Positions 45,660 through 56,934 of a stretch of 64,000 bases of DNA are shown here, piece by piece (the first letter of the stretch is position 1; the number at the start of each line of letters is the position of its first letter). Under the pieces are notes generated by a model, which saw only the letters and a program-made list of their open reading frames with translations, made no database searches and was not told the origin of the DNA. The DNA comes from Anthoceros angustus. Taxonomy: Eukaryota > Plantae > Anthocerotophyta. The stretch is taken from NCBI GenBank assembly GCA_010909165.1, contig MU008156.1:868001-932000 (forward strand), read 5' to 3'. A program made the position numbers and the translations under genes.

Positions 45660-47130
45660 CCTTTCTGTGCTGGTTCTCTCGAACTCTCGCAGCCTCCAGT
45701 CCTTCGGTCTGACTGATCTTCAAAACTCCATTCCTCACTTCTTGCTTTGGAGTCTCTTGGGTAGACAACTCCTCTATCTCCTCCCACATCTCATGCCTAT
45801 GCTTGCTTTGAGCGCTTAGAGCATGTGCTGCTCCATTTGCAGCCTTCATCTTGCTCTTCCTTCCATGCATATGCATGTCCAGTGGGATCCGAGCAACCTT
45901 GGTGAAATCACCATCCCTCCAAAGCGGCTGATAAAACTCTTTTGCGTACAATGGATCAATGCCCATTGTAGGCCCATGCGTGGTGTTTGCTCCCAGCAAT
46001 ACATCATATGTCTTAGCATTTGTCACAAGACATTGTACCTCCATCACACACGCATCAGGCGTGCCAAGCTTGAGCTCTATCTTCATAGGATCTTTTGTCA
46101 TCCTGAGAACCTGCTCCTTTGTGCCTGCTGAGGTTGTAATACTGGCATCACTTGGTATGAGCTTGCTGCCATACAGCTTGAGAGCTTCCTATACTCGAGC
46201 TCCCAACAATACCGAATCTCCTCCAGTATCTATCATCATATTGGCTGGCGCAAAGCCATCAAAAGTGATCTCCCTACCTTTGTTCATCACCATGGCTACT
46301 CCCCCTTGACCCCTTGCTCTAGGCTTCAAGTGTTCACCTCTTAGGCTTGCCATCGTGGCCACTGCAACTCCTTCGTCCACCTCTTTGCGAATCCAAGCTT
46401 GCATTACCTTCTTGAACAAGTGAGAGCCTTTCACACCTAGGTCTCTAAGGCTGACAACTGGAACCTCCATCGCTCTCTCCAACAGTGCTTATGCACTTGG
46501 CTACAGGGTGAACTCCTTCGTCATCTCACTGCGTCCATCTTCCTGCTGCCTAAACGATTCCAGCATTTTCAACTGTTCTTGGATCACCGTCTCCTTGCTA
46601 GTGACCTTATTACCAAGGTCAAATGTGACCTTCTTCTTCTTTGAACATCTTGTAGTTGATAGTGCATAAGTCTCCACATCAGATTCATCTGAATCCTCTT
46701 CCATTGGCGTTGTACGACCCATCATGCTGGCAAGCTCCTTTTGTAGCTTTTCTACATGCCCCATCAATGCCTTCCACGTCAGAGCATGCTTGCCCTTTTC
46801 TGCCTTTGCTCTGGACATTTCCTTCTACTTGAGTTCTGAGTATGCCTCCCAACAGGCTGCTTCAACGTGTCCCCCTCGGTTGCATGCTTTGCATGCCTCC
46901 TTCCCCTTCGGACCTCCAGGCCGGTAGTCGCACTCAAATGCTTTATGTGGACTCCTGCATCTTCTATATTTCACAGCCACAATAGTAGCATTGTTAGCAG
47001 GGCTCTCCTTGGCCGTTGCTCCCTTACTCTATCCGGATGACTTTCCATGATCTCTATACCCAAAGTGATGTTGGTATTTCGAGCCCCCTTGATTCCCTCT
47101 CTACATCCATAGGCTCTGGGAGTGGAACTT
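45660..47130 (-). mobile_element. Gypsy-type gag/aspartic protease remnant
   Basis: MMIDTGGDSVLLG (DTG protease motif), YDVLLG, degenerate Zn knuckle YRRCRSPHKAFEC, multiple stops. Confidence 0.65.
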
Positions 47131-47947
47131 CCTGTGAATAACTTGAGATCAAGTGTCGCAAAAAATGTACTTAGAATTAATTACATAAAGTTTACACACA
47201 ACGTTGATGTATATATGTCTAGCACACAACTTAAGCAACAATTCAGCAAGTGACCCTTCAGTAAACCCTAATTATTACGAGTAAGCGAGTACGCCCCTTC
47301 TTCATTCTCAACACTTCCAGCTCGTCTTCAAGGTCTATGGCCTTCTTTCCTCTTGTGCTCCTCTGGCTTAGACTCATAAATTTCCACCTCTTCTTCCTCT
47401 TTTCTATCAAGGGTTCGGACATGGGCTGCTCCTTCAACCTCTCCCAACTGCTCCACTTATCCATATCTCCTCATTGCAAGGGGTATGGGCACCTCCCCCA
47501 AAGGTACCAACTGCACAACGTCAAAGGGGTAGTTCGAACATTACAGGTTCGAGTGTCAAGGTCTATCATGTAATAAGTGTTTTAATTTAATAAAATCAAA
47601 AATATTTATTTATTGATATATTTATTTATTTTTATATTTAATTTTTAATACTAAAAATAAAGTTACAATGCAATAGAACTTGGGTTGCCTCAACCCATGT
47701 CAATATGGAAAGATATGACTCAACGTTGAGATTTGAAGTTCCATGAGCTTGGATGATATTAAAGCTGCTCTGTCACGATGGTGTCTAATTTATAAGTAGT
47801 TGTGATTTTGATGCATAGTAGATTTGTTTTAAATTTTCTCTACTAATTTATAAGTAGTTGTGATTTTGATGCATAGTAGATTTGTTTTAAATTTTCTCTA
47901 CATCCTTTCATGAACGTTAACAAACCCCACATGGCACATTGTGCTTC

Positions 47948-48400
47948 ATGATCAAGAGTCCATGGCTTGTGAAATGGACTCCCTACTTCCTGCTTATGCT
48001 TGCAAGCATATCTATCTTAATGATTGCATTTATAGCCTTAATGAAATCCTACTGTAGGAACGACGAGAGGCGAGCTATTGAAGGAGAAGACCAGGCAATA
48101 CAAGCTAGAGCGAATTGGGCGGCAGGGCGGGCAAAAGAGGAGGCGCGGCGTGAAGAGGAGGAGCGGGTTGAAGAGAAGGAGCGGGTGGAAGAGGAGGACC
48201 GGGTTGAAGAGGAGGAGCGGGTTGAAGAGGAGGAGCGGGTTGAAGAGGAGGAGCGGGTTGAAGAGGAGGAGCGGGTTGAAGAGGAGGAGCGGGTTGAAGA
48301 GGAGGAGCGGGTTAAAGAGGAGGAGGGATGTGAAGAGGAGGAGCAGGTTGAAGAAGAGGAGCAATGTGAAGAGGAGGAACAGGTTGAAGAAGAGGAGTGA
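47948..48400 (+). CDS. Single-TM protein with (EEEERV)n acidic repeat, probably truncated or pseudogenised
   Basis: Hydrophobic YFLLMLASISILMIAFIALM followed by an 18-bp repeat array (48150-48490) with TGA stops in the later units. Confidence 0.45.
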   Translation: MIKSPWLVKWTPYFLLMLASISILMIAFIALMKSYCRNDERRAIEGEDQAIQARANWAAGRAKEEARREEEERVEEKERVEEEDRVEEEERVEEEERVEEEERVEEEERVEEEERVEEEERVKEEEGCEEEEQVEEEEQCEEEEQVEEEE

Positions 48401-48763
48401 CGTGAAGAGGAGGAGCGGGTTGAAGAAGAGGAGTGATGTGAAGAGGAGCAGCGGAGTGAAAAGGAGGAGCAAGTTGAAGAGGAGGAACGTGTTGTAGTAA
48501 TCATGATTCAAAGCATGAGGTTAGAGTCCTACTTGGTCCACCAGTTAACAATATGGGCCTGCCTGGGACAATATCAAGCCTAGAAATGGATATTACCATA
48601 AAACACGTTTCCATTAGCTGAAGAGGAGGAGCAAAGGAACCTGGCGAGGAGGAGTGGTGTAATTAATGAACACAAGTTGTTCACAGATGAGTGAACAACT
48701 TAGCCTTGGATGAATGGGCAATGGTATTCGAGAGATGGATGATATTGAAATATGAGCCGACAT

Positions 48764-49005
48764 TGAAGACCTATGTGCTAAATAGCATGTGAAGATGTTT
48801 TTACTAGATGGGCTTACCCCATCTCTTCTCTGAAAACTCCAAAATTTGAAGACCTATGTGCTAAATAGCATGTGAAGATGTTTTTACTAGATGGGCTTAC
48901 CCCATCCCTTCTCTAAAAACTCCAAAATTTGAAGACCTATGTGCTAAATAGCATGTGAAGATGTTTTTACTATATGGGCTCACCCCATCTCTTCTCTGAA
49001 AACTT
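48764..49005. repeat. 83-bp tandem repeat, about 3 copies (fourth degenerate copy near 49075-49150)
   Basis: tgaagacctatgtgctaaatagcatgtgaagatg... at 48764, 48847 and 48930. Confidence 0.9.
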
Positions 49006-49914
49006 TAATCCGATAATGGTATTTGGGAGATGGATATTGCAATGTGAGCTTTGCTGACATCATTAGTGAGAGAAAACCTATGTGCCATATCCCATGTGAA
49101 GATCTCCTTTAGTAGATGGGCTCACCCCATCTCTTCTCTAAAACTTTAATCCGATGTGAAGATATTTATGTGTCGGTATCAATTTCTTGTGTTACTTTGA
49201 AGTACAATAAGACCTAGAACTCACATTGGAATATAGGACCCCTACCCCCTTTTGTTCGGCACACGTATACCTAAACCTTTCCGAGATTCGAGCTCACGTG
49301 GTGGTGCCTTCACATATTAAAACTTTCTAATTCTTTGAAGTTATGACTAAATTTAGTTTTCGTTAACGGCTTCAAGCTACTAATCTGTATCAATTTGTAC
49401 CCAATTGTGATTCACGATATTAAGAATTTTTCGCAAGCCATCCTCACCAAACCACCAAACTCCCTCCACTGCATGGCTCAAGCTCAAGCTCTCCATGGCA
49501 TTGATTAGGTTGGGCTAGCCTATAGTCATTCTAGGCAGGAAGAATTTATCAGTTGATCAATCTCACGAGGAGCAGACTGTGGACATTCCACTCACGATCA
49601 GAGAGAATTCATCGATTCAGCAATCTTTAGCGGAGGAAAGGCTAGTATTCATTTCTGTTCCACTCATGATCAGAGAGGATTCATCGATTCAGCAATGTGC
49701 AGAGGAGGAAAGGCTAGTATTCATTCCTGTTAGAGAGAATTCTTTGACTGAGCAATCCAAAGAGATGCGCGAAGGTGCCGGGCTATGCACCCGGTGCGCC
49801 GAGTGCGTGAGTGGAGTGAGAAGGGGATGGCATGAGAGCCGCCTTGTTGGATTGACAACTACAAAGCTCCCGCACATCAGAGCGCTTGGTTTTATCTTCT
49901 CTTATCTTACATTT

Positions 49915-49927
49915 TGGTATCAGAGCC
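49915..49927 (+). promoter_or_regulatory. tRNA-iMet PBS after a probable LTR end (truncated LTR element)
   Basis: ...TCTTACA-TTT-TGGTATCAGAGCC. Confidence 0.55.
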
Positions 49928-51090
49928 TATATATCAATGTTGGCTGATACAAATCTTGCTAATTAATGATTGGTTGAGATACATGCATTTGATTGCAACA
50001 TCATGTCCCTTTGTAAATCATTAGTACATCATTTGGATAGAACCACGTATGGGGTCAACATAATGCGGGAAGAGGGAAGAGAGAAGAGAGAAGAACCAAA
50101 GTCTACACTGTACCCTTTCCTCACGATACATGATTCCCTCAAAATACCTTACTGTGGGTTCAGTCGTTCCCTTACTGGCCCAGTGGAGGGTTGGTAAACT
50201 TGTCATGATTCCCTCAGAATACCTTACTGTGGTTTCAGCCGTTCCCTTACTGTCGTCATCGTGGGGACCCAACAACTTCCTTGTCAACAAGGAACGCATC
50301 TCCTTGGCGAACGTGTTGACCCTAGCATGTAAGTGGACCTGCATCTCCTGTCCTTTCAAACAAATCTCATCAAATTCCTTAGGCCATTCTCCTGAGACTA
50401 ACTTACTTCGCAAAGCATCCCTCTCAAGCGTCACCTCACTCAAGCAGGCAAGGTGACATTTTGCATCTCTCTTCCATGCCTCCGATCCCTTGCCGCCATG
50501 CATAGTCGGCTGGGCGTTGCTTCACCGACGTACGATGCATCATTTTCCTCGGTGGGCTACCTCTTCCTTCCACCATTGGTCAGCCTCCGTTGCTTGCTTT
50601 GTGAGCTCCTCACGCTCCTTGCTCCATGTGGCCTGTCCGCTCCTCCTTTTCAAGCCGCTGCATTGCCAGATTCACTCTAACTTGTATCGCCTAGTATTGT
50701 CTTTCTACAAGCATGCCTTTTGCCAATCATAAAGTATGGTCCTAGGAAAGCTGTCACTACCCGAATTATTAAAAAAATGCATGCAAGCGCAACCAGGAGG
50801 TCGTCTATGTTATCCATGGACTCTAAATTACGAAGCAGTGTACTATGTGCGTTTCGTTCACAAAAGGATCTAGAGCAAATTTAAAACAAATAGACTATGC
50901 ATCAGGGGTTTAAAGATAGGGGGAAGTCAATACGTCAATCGCGCACGCGAAACAACGAAGCTGTTTTCATTCGAAATGGAAAGTAAGCATCATTTTTGAC
51001 GGGATCAGTTCACATTGAACACGGATTAAGCAACACCTCTGTGCAGCTCGTGTTCTCAAGCTCGGATAGTTACTTGTGGCGGCAACTCAG

Positions 51091-51990
51091 ATGGACATTG
51101 AAGATCTCCCTTACGGTTGGGAGGTGCAAGAGCCGCCAGGTGGCTTGTTCAACACGCAACATCTGAAGTTCGCACCCACTGTTAAAGCAAGACGGTATCA
51201 GGTTGTTTCTAGGAATTGCATGCCTGCTATTTCTAGATTTGCCATCATTCCAAGGAACAAGGCGTCCGACTTGATGTTAGGAGAAGGCAAGAATGCGCAG
51301 TTTCCCACATACTTTTGGAAGGAGACGAGTAAGAAGTAAGCTGCCCCCAACATCATTCGCAATACATTCCCGACGCAGCTGTCACACTGCGCTTTTGTGA
51401 GAAGTTGCACTGACCGAAAATTTATCTACACTATCTTCACTGTAAGTGCAGAGTGGACATCCACACCTGAGTTAATTACAGCCATGGCTAGGAGAGGACA
51501 TGCCAATTGCTCTCCGCGTTCACAATTCCAATGCATATAGGTGTTGAGCAGTCGCTGCAGGAGGAGGCAAACACGCCTGCTTTCCCAGCTCAGCAAGACA
51601 CAGAGGCATTGTCTGCAGCGGGGCTTTATGGCAACGTAAAGCCACGTGTGAACGCCGTTGCTTCATACCAGGGTTTGGAAACTATATTGAAAGAAGTGTG
51701 GCAAATGGTGAATGCTGATTCTTCTTTGCTGCAGCATACTCATGCAGCAGCTTCTATGTTGCTTCTCCAAGTTCAACAATTGCAGGCATGAAAATGTGCC
51801 AGTGCTGCCGGGTCCGTAATCCACGGCCGGCTTATCAAACTGGACAATGGCATGGGAGACTCTTTGAAGAGGAAGAAGAGCATCGTGGTAACTACGTGAA
51901 AGCCAGCTACCCGCCGGCAAAAGCCAAAAATGGTTGAGGTGTTGCACCAAACTGCTGAGGGTAGTTCTAATGAAGAGAGGGAAGGGATGT
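51091..51990 (+). pseudogene. Internally deleted remnant resembling plant MULE-related SWIM zinc-finger genes
   Basis: VQEPP..F...L.F...RFAIIPRNKASDLMLGE.KNAQFPTYF resembles, from memory, the N-terminus of Arabidopsis At1g60560/At4g13970-type proteins. The catalytic core is absent. Confidence 0.5.
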
Positions 51991-52589
51991 AATGCGTGGC
52001 TACTTCATGCCACACTTATATGTATTTTGTGTATGATAGCTCATCGGAAACGAGTTCAGAACTCTACATTGTGAGCAATCTGTACGCGACTTTGAAGATC
52101 GATGTTGATCGCAATCGTCTGTCAACCTCTGCGTGCCTTCTGGTTTTCAAACTCTCAATGCGTGTTCCACAGGCGTTGATACAGAATGAGGTATTGCTCA
52201 TTCTGTAACCCTTCAGACAAGCTGCGGTTTCATGTCTTCTGTTTTGCTCTTTGGATGAGTAAAACTGAAGATATGAACAAAAACGTGTTGAAGATTCTAG
52301 TAGCTAAAGCTAAACCGGCATCCCATGTATCTCAGGCCTCAACCCCAAGTGCTCCACGTTTCTGGGTTCGTGGTCACGCACACGGGATGCGTCCCCGTTC
52401 TAGTATGTGTGCATGATGTGCATCATGTCTGTTGTGCTTGTGACCTAGTTTTACTGTCATGATCAGAGAACATGCCCTCTACCGTTCCATTGGTAAACAT
52501 GTCGGCCATGCCAGCTAGGTAAGGAGGTGCATTTTGAACCGGAATGCTCCCTTGCCTGCAGAGCCTGCCTACTTGACAAACCCATCCCG

Positions 52590-53760
52590 CCCCCTCACAA
52601 ACGCTGTGTGTTGCTGTGGCTGTTAATGGCGTGACAGGCACTCGAGGGAACTAATACTGCTGCTTCAGAATTCCTAGGGCCATATAATCTTGCCTAAGTC
52701 ATGCCCCACTGACTGCTACAGGACAGACTGTGTAAGCCTGGCCCAAAGAGTTTTTTCTTCTTGTGTGTTTGCTGTACAAGAAACCATTACCTTCACAGGC
52801 AGTTGTTACTGGCCTTCCATCAACTTTAACTCACACTATGTGCCTCATCAATCACAAATTTACCTTCACAAGCAATTGATACTGGCCTTCCATCAACTTT
52901 AACTCACACAATGTCCCTCGTCAATCACAAACCTAGCCAACTGCGCCTGCAGCATGCGCCCAATGTTGCATCAAGGTGCTGTGCCACCCAAACCGGAGAG
53001 AGGAAGGGAAGCATAACTGTTGGGCACTCTAAAGTCCTTCAAAAATTTCACGCTGAAAAACAGAAGTGCTTCAAAACTTCGCTCAAAGAGATCACTCGCA
53101 CCTTTTGATCCAGACGTACCAGGACATCTTGCAAGCTTGTGCTTCCAACGATGTTTCTCATGGGTTACATATACTAGCTTACATGACGCCCGTTGTGTGT
53201 CCTGCTAGGCAAACAGGATCCGCAAAAGATTAACTCCCTTTGTGCTGTTCGATTCCAATCGGTGGGAAGTCACAATCTTGAAAAAGAGCTCACCTGAGCT
53301 CATCCAGCACAGACATGGCCTGGGAGCGCGTTTGTTGAGAACGTAGATACGCTGCAAGGATGGTGTACCGCTCGACCAATTCCAGGACTTGATGTTGGAT
53401 GAGGTACAGCAGAGGCGATATACAACTGTCACACCTGGGCATAGTATCACAGGAAGCTGATATGCAAATCAGTCAGCTAAGGCCAACCACCTTGTCCACA
53501 TACAGTACAGCCAGTAGCCAATCTGAGCCTCACCTGATTGCAAAGACTTTTACCACCACCAGTTGGCAATAAGACGAAGCAGTCCTGGCCAGGCACAGTG
53601 GCCTCACATGCCTTGCGCTGCAGTTGAGGAAAGCATTTGTGCTCAAACTCAGCTAGATTATCTAAGCCGAAATCATCTAATCCTTGAAGTTCTGTCAGAG
53701 TGTCCCCTGACCTCGAGGCAGCCCAGTCTGTGGGCCACCTGCAACTAAGTAGGAATCGAT
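52590..53760 (-). pseudogene. RECQ1-like helicase, 5' half (c): motifs I-III with introns, degenerate
   Basis: DCFVLLPTGGGKSLCNQ, GVTVV-SPLL..IQHQV, SCKLVYVTHEK, RFVIDEGHCV, LGILKQQY*FPRVPVTPLTATAT. Confidence 0.85.
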
Positions 53761-56700
53761 TCCGGTTTGCCTACTCTCGGTGCTCTGCCAAACTGAAAAA
53801 CATAAGACTCTGAGAGTGCCGTGCCCAGCGGAAACCTGGCAGTGGCTCGGGGTTTCTTACACAGCCTACAAAAAGAGACAACATTACCTCTCGTCTCCTG
53901 CTGTGGGCACCTCCTGCAACTGAAGCAGCAGCCGGAGCATTCCCTGACAACAAATTCGGATTGTCAATAATTACAGACTCCGGGTCCCCAAGTCCGTCAC
54001 GCCGGGGCCCCGCACTCCGAGCGCAGCATCTGCACATTCCGATCTACAATCTGCCTGCTCAGCGGGACCAGCATCGCTGGTGGCCAGGCCGGCGCCCTGG
54101 ATGTGGATGTATCAACATATAAGATTTGTCACAAAAAAAAAAACAAGCCATCGAGGAATGCAAGCACTCAACTATGTACGTGGTACATGGTACAAGATGT
54201 GGAGTCCCCAAGTATGTAGTATGTACTGAAACGCATGAATCTGGATTCCGTAACGTGCAATGCTGAACAGGGCATCAGAGTATAGGGTTCTGTTGAGTTA
54301 ACCTTCTTGAGTCCAGATGAGCCAATCCCGACCATGGGAGGAGTGGATGCATAATCGTTTCTTCATCTTACATATGACAGTGCTAGCTGGCCGGATTGAA
54401 GAAGTGTTTACAAAGCAGCGGGCAGCATGAAGCTAGCTGCTACACACGAGCAACAGCTATGTATGTGCAATTTTGCGAGCCTGTGTGAAGGATGATGACA
54501 GCACTACTTGCATGTCTGCTGTGCTGGTAGCCTAGCTGGTTTCACTACCATGACCGGAAAACATGCAATCTAAGCTCATTGTCCCATTTGGAAAATATCT
54601 CGGCCATGCCAGCCAGTTATGTATGTAACAAGGCGGTGCATTTTGGACGGGCTTTGTCCCTGGCATTGGCTTGCCTGCACTCTGCAGTTGACTCCCTCCA
54701 AATTAATGCCACAGAATTTACATTACAGGCCAACAGGAGCAGTTGCCCGCCAGCATGTTCCAACAACGCTCCCTCCTGGAATCCGACTCCCGGACTGGAC
54801 GATCATCAGGCGAGCCAATGCAGCGATGCAAGTGGAGCTGGAGTCCCGGCTCTCTTTATGCCGCTATACCAGCATGTTCCCCCATCGGCCGTCTCCGCCC
54901 GATTGGCCGAGCCCTCTGACACACCAGTGGCAGCGACCAGTCCCGTCCACCCAGAAGGAGCTAGCAAGCGCTATTTCGAGATTCGCGACGGAATCCGCGA
55001 TGTCTGACACTTTTGTCAGCCGGCACGAGCTCGGCGCATGGATTGGGTCCGCCCCATCTGCTCCAGACTCCAGTCCGCAGATCGCAACGGCTCGCTCATC
55101 AGCCTTCCACTATCCCGTGACGTCACCCGCAGGGCTAGGGTTCCGTCGCCATGTGTGCGCCATGTCGGGCTCCATGGTAGAGTAACATAATAATGTACGC
55201 CGGGCCACGCGCTTCAAGGCACGCGGTGTCTCGCACAGTACACACTAGGGATACAGGCTGGGCCCGGGTCATGGAGCCTGGAGCTGTGGAGGAGGCGAAT
55301 TTCTCACCCCAGGCCCCAGCCACGCCTACACGTGACAGCCATCAACAGGGTGGTGCATGTTGTAATGCGTTGCCTCGCACTTTGCACAGGCAGGCACCGT
55401 GTTGAATGTCGATGGCCATGGCCGCTGGCTGGACTGTGACGGAAGTTAATGGGTCATATTCTCTCCATGTCCGATGCCGCACCCTTCTTTACTGTCGTTC
55501 GTGAATAGACCACCTACCGCCATCCACACTTCCAGATGCGCAGGCCAGGCCAGCTGGGTGATATGCCGATCGGGCCATGGCAGCCACTCCCCAGACGACG
55601 ACCACGCACCTGCCCATCATATGGGCATACAATGCTTTTCCTCCGCTGCGAGATGCCACCGAGAGTGTCAGTCAAGTGTCGCGTCCGGGCTGCATCAACC
55701 ACGACACTTTCCGGCTTTATCTAGCAATAGCAGGAATCGCAGTGAGTTGGAAGTTGGAACCCGGGAGTGAGAGTTATCAACCTCAACCGGCCCCAGAGGA
55801 GGTCCGAGGTATATTCAATCCGGGATGCAGATGCCCTACCGCCCGCGGTGCACAGGACACTGACTTCTACAGCTCTCTTCCTGCAGGTATAGTGGCAGAC
55901 ATCACATCGCAGCGAGCAGGAAATGAGAGGGGAGCAAACACGGTACACGAAGCTTGCATGTGCACAACAGGAGTACTGTGCCACAGTGAGCTGAGGGCGG
56001 GAAGGTGGAGGGGCTTAACTGCTCATGCAGCGAGAGGCACTTGACTTGGTCAGTTTATTCACACAGCCTGAAGGCTGAACTTTAGTACAAAGTGTGCCGA
56101 GGGCATGGAGCTCCGGCCTGCACTCAAATGGGCGGGCTTCGCAAGTAACGCAAGCGAAAGAAAAGAATGGACTCGAGATTAAACACAAATAATTGGAGGG
56201 AGAGGGACCTACTTCCTGAAAAGCAATAGGATCTATGCAAACGGTGTCCCGGACGTGGAGTTACACGTAGACATACCAGCGAGCGCTATGGTGTACCCAA
56301 TTGTCAGCGCCAACAACAACACTATGGCCAAAACAAGGGAATATGCCTCGAGAAGACATGGCTACAGGAATGAGTGACGTACCCAGATCCACCCCTGCCT
56401 AAATCCTCTGCTTCGGTGTGCTACTCTGCACGTCAATGGCTGTGGCCAGCCGACTGCGGCCAGCACCACAGACTCTGCAGGTTACCCGGTGCGGGAGGAG
56501 AGAATCCACTGAATTGGCTTCTCATATACACTCAGTTTTACACAAATCTGAAGGCTCCTCCGAATGATACCACTACACCTCCCTCAAATGCAAAAATAGA
56601 GAAATATTGCTGAGCGGAGGCTGGAAGAACACCGAGCTAATCAGTGCCAACTCCCTTTGCCAGGGGGACCAAGGGTGTTCTTGCAAACTTGCTTGCTTAT

Positions 56701-56934
56701 GAGCCATCCTTCCTGTCAACCAACCCGATTTCCCACCCAGGAGACAGGCATAAATCTGTACTCGCTCTCATCCAGACTGGTGCATCTATCTTTCACTCTC
56801 CTTGAGGAGATAATACCCAGCAGAAACTTGACGACCAAGCACCTTGAAATTGGCATCCTTAGTTAAGATGCACATACGAGATAGTACCATTGCTCTGTGT
56901 TCTCACAAGTCTGCTCAAAGCAGCCTGAGATTCC

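Noticed and set aside
47488-47517. Possible minus-strand PBS TGGTACCTTTGGGGG for the Gypsy remnant (similar string at ~43560)
   Set aside because: I could not assign a tRNA or delimit an LTR.
495-48500. Endogenous giant-virus region, suggested by AT-rich intronless protease, RING and acidic-repeat genes
   Set aside because: No viral hallmark genes (capsid, PolB, packaging ATPase, primase) were seen, and TM + GLD-like + RING-H2 without introns is normal for plant ATL genes.
54100-56900. Short ORFs between RECQ1 fragment (c) and the CSLC 3' end
   Set aside because: No motifs or coherent exon chain recognised.
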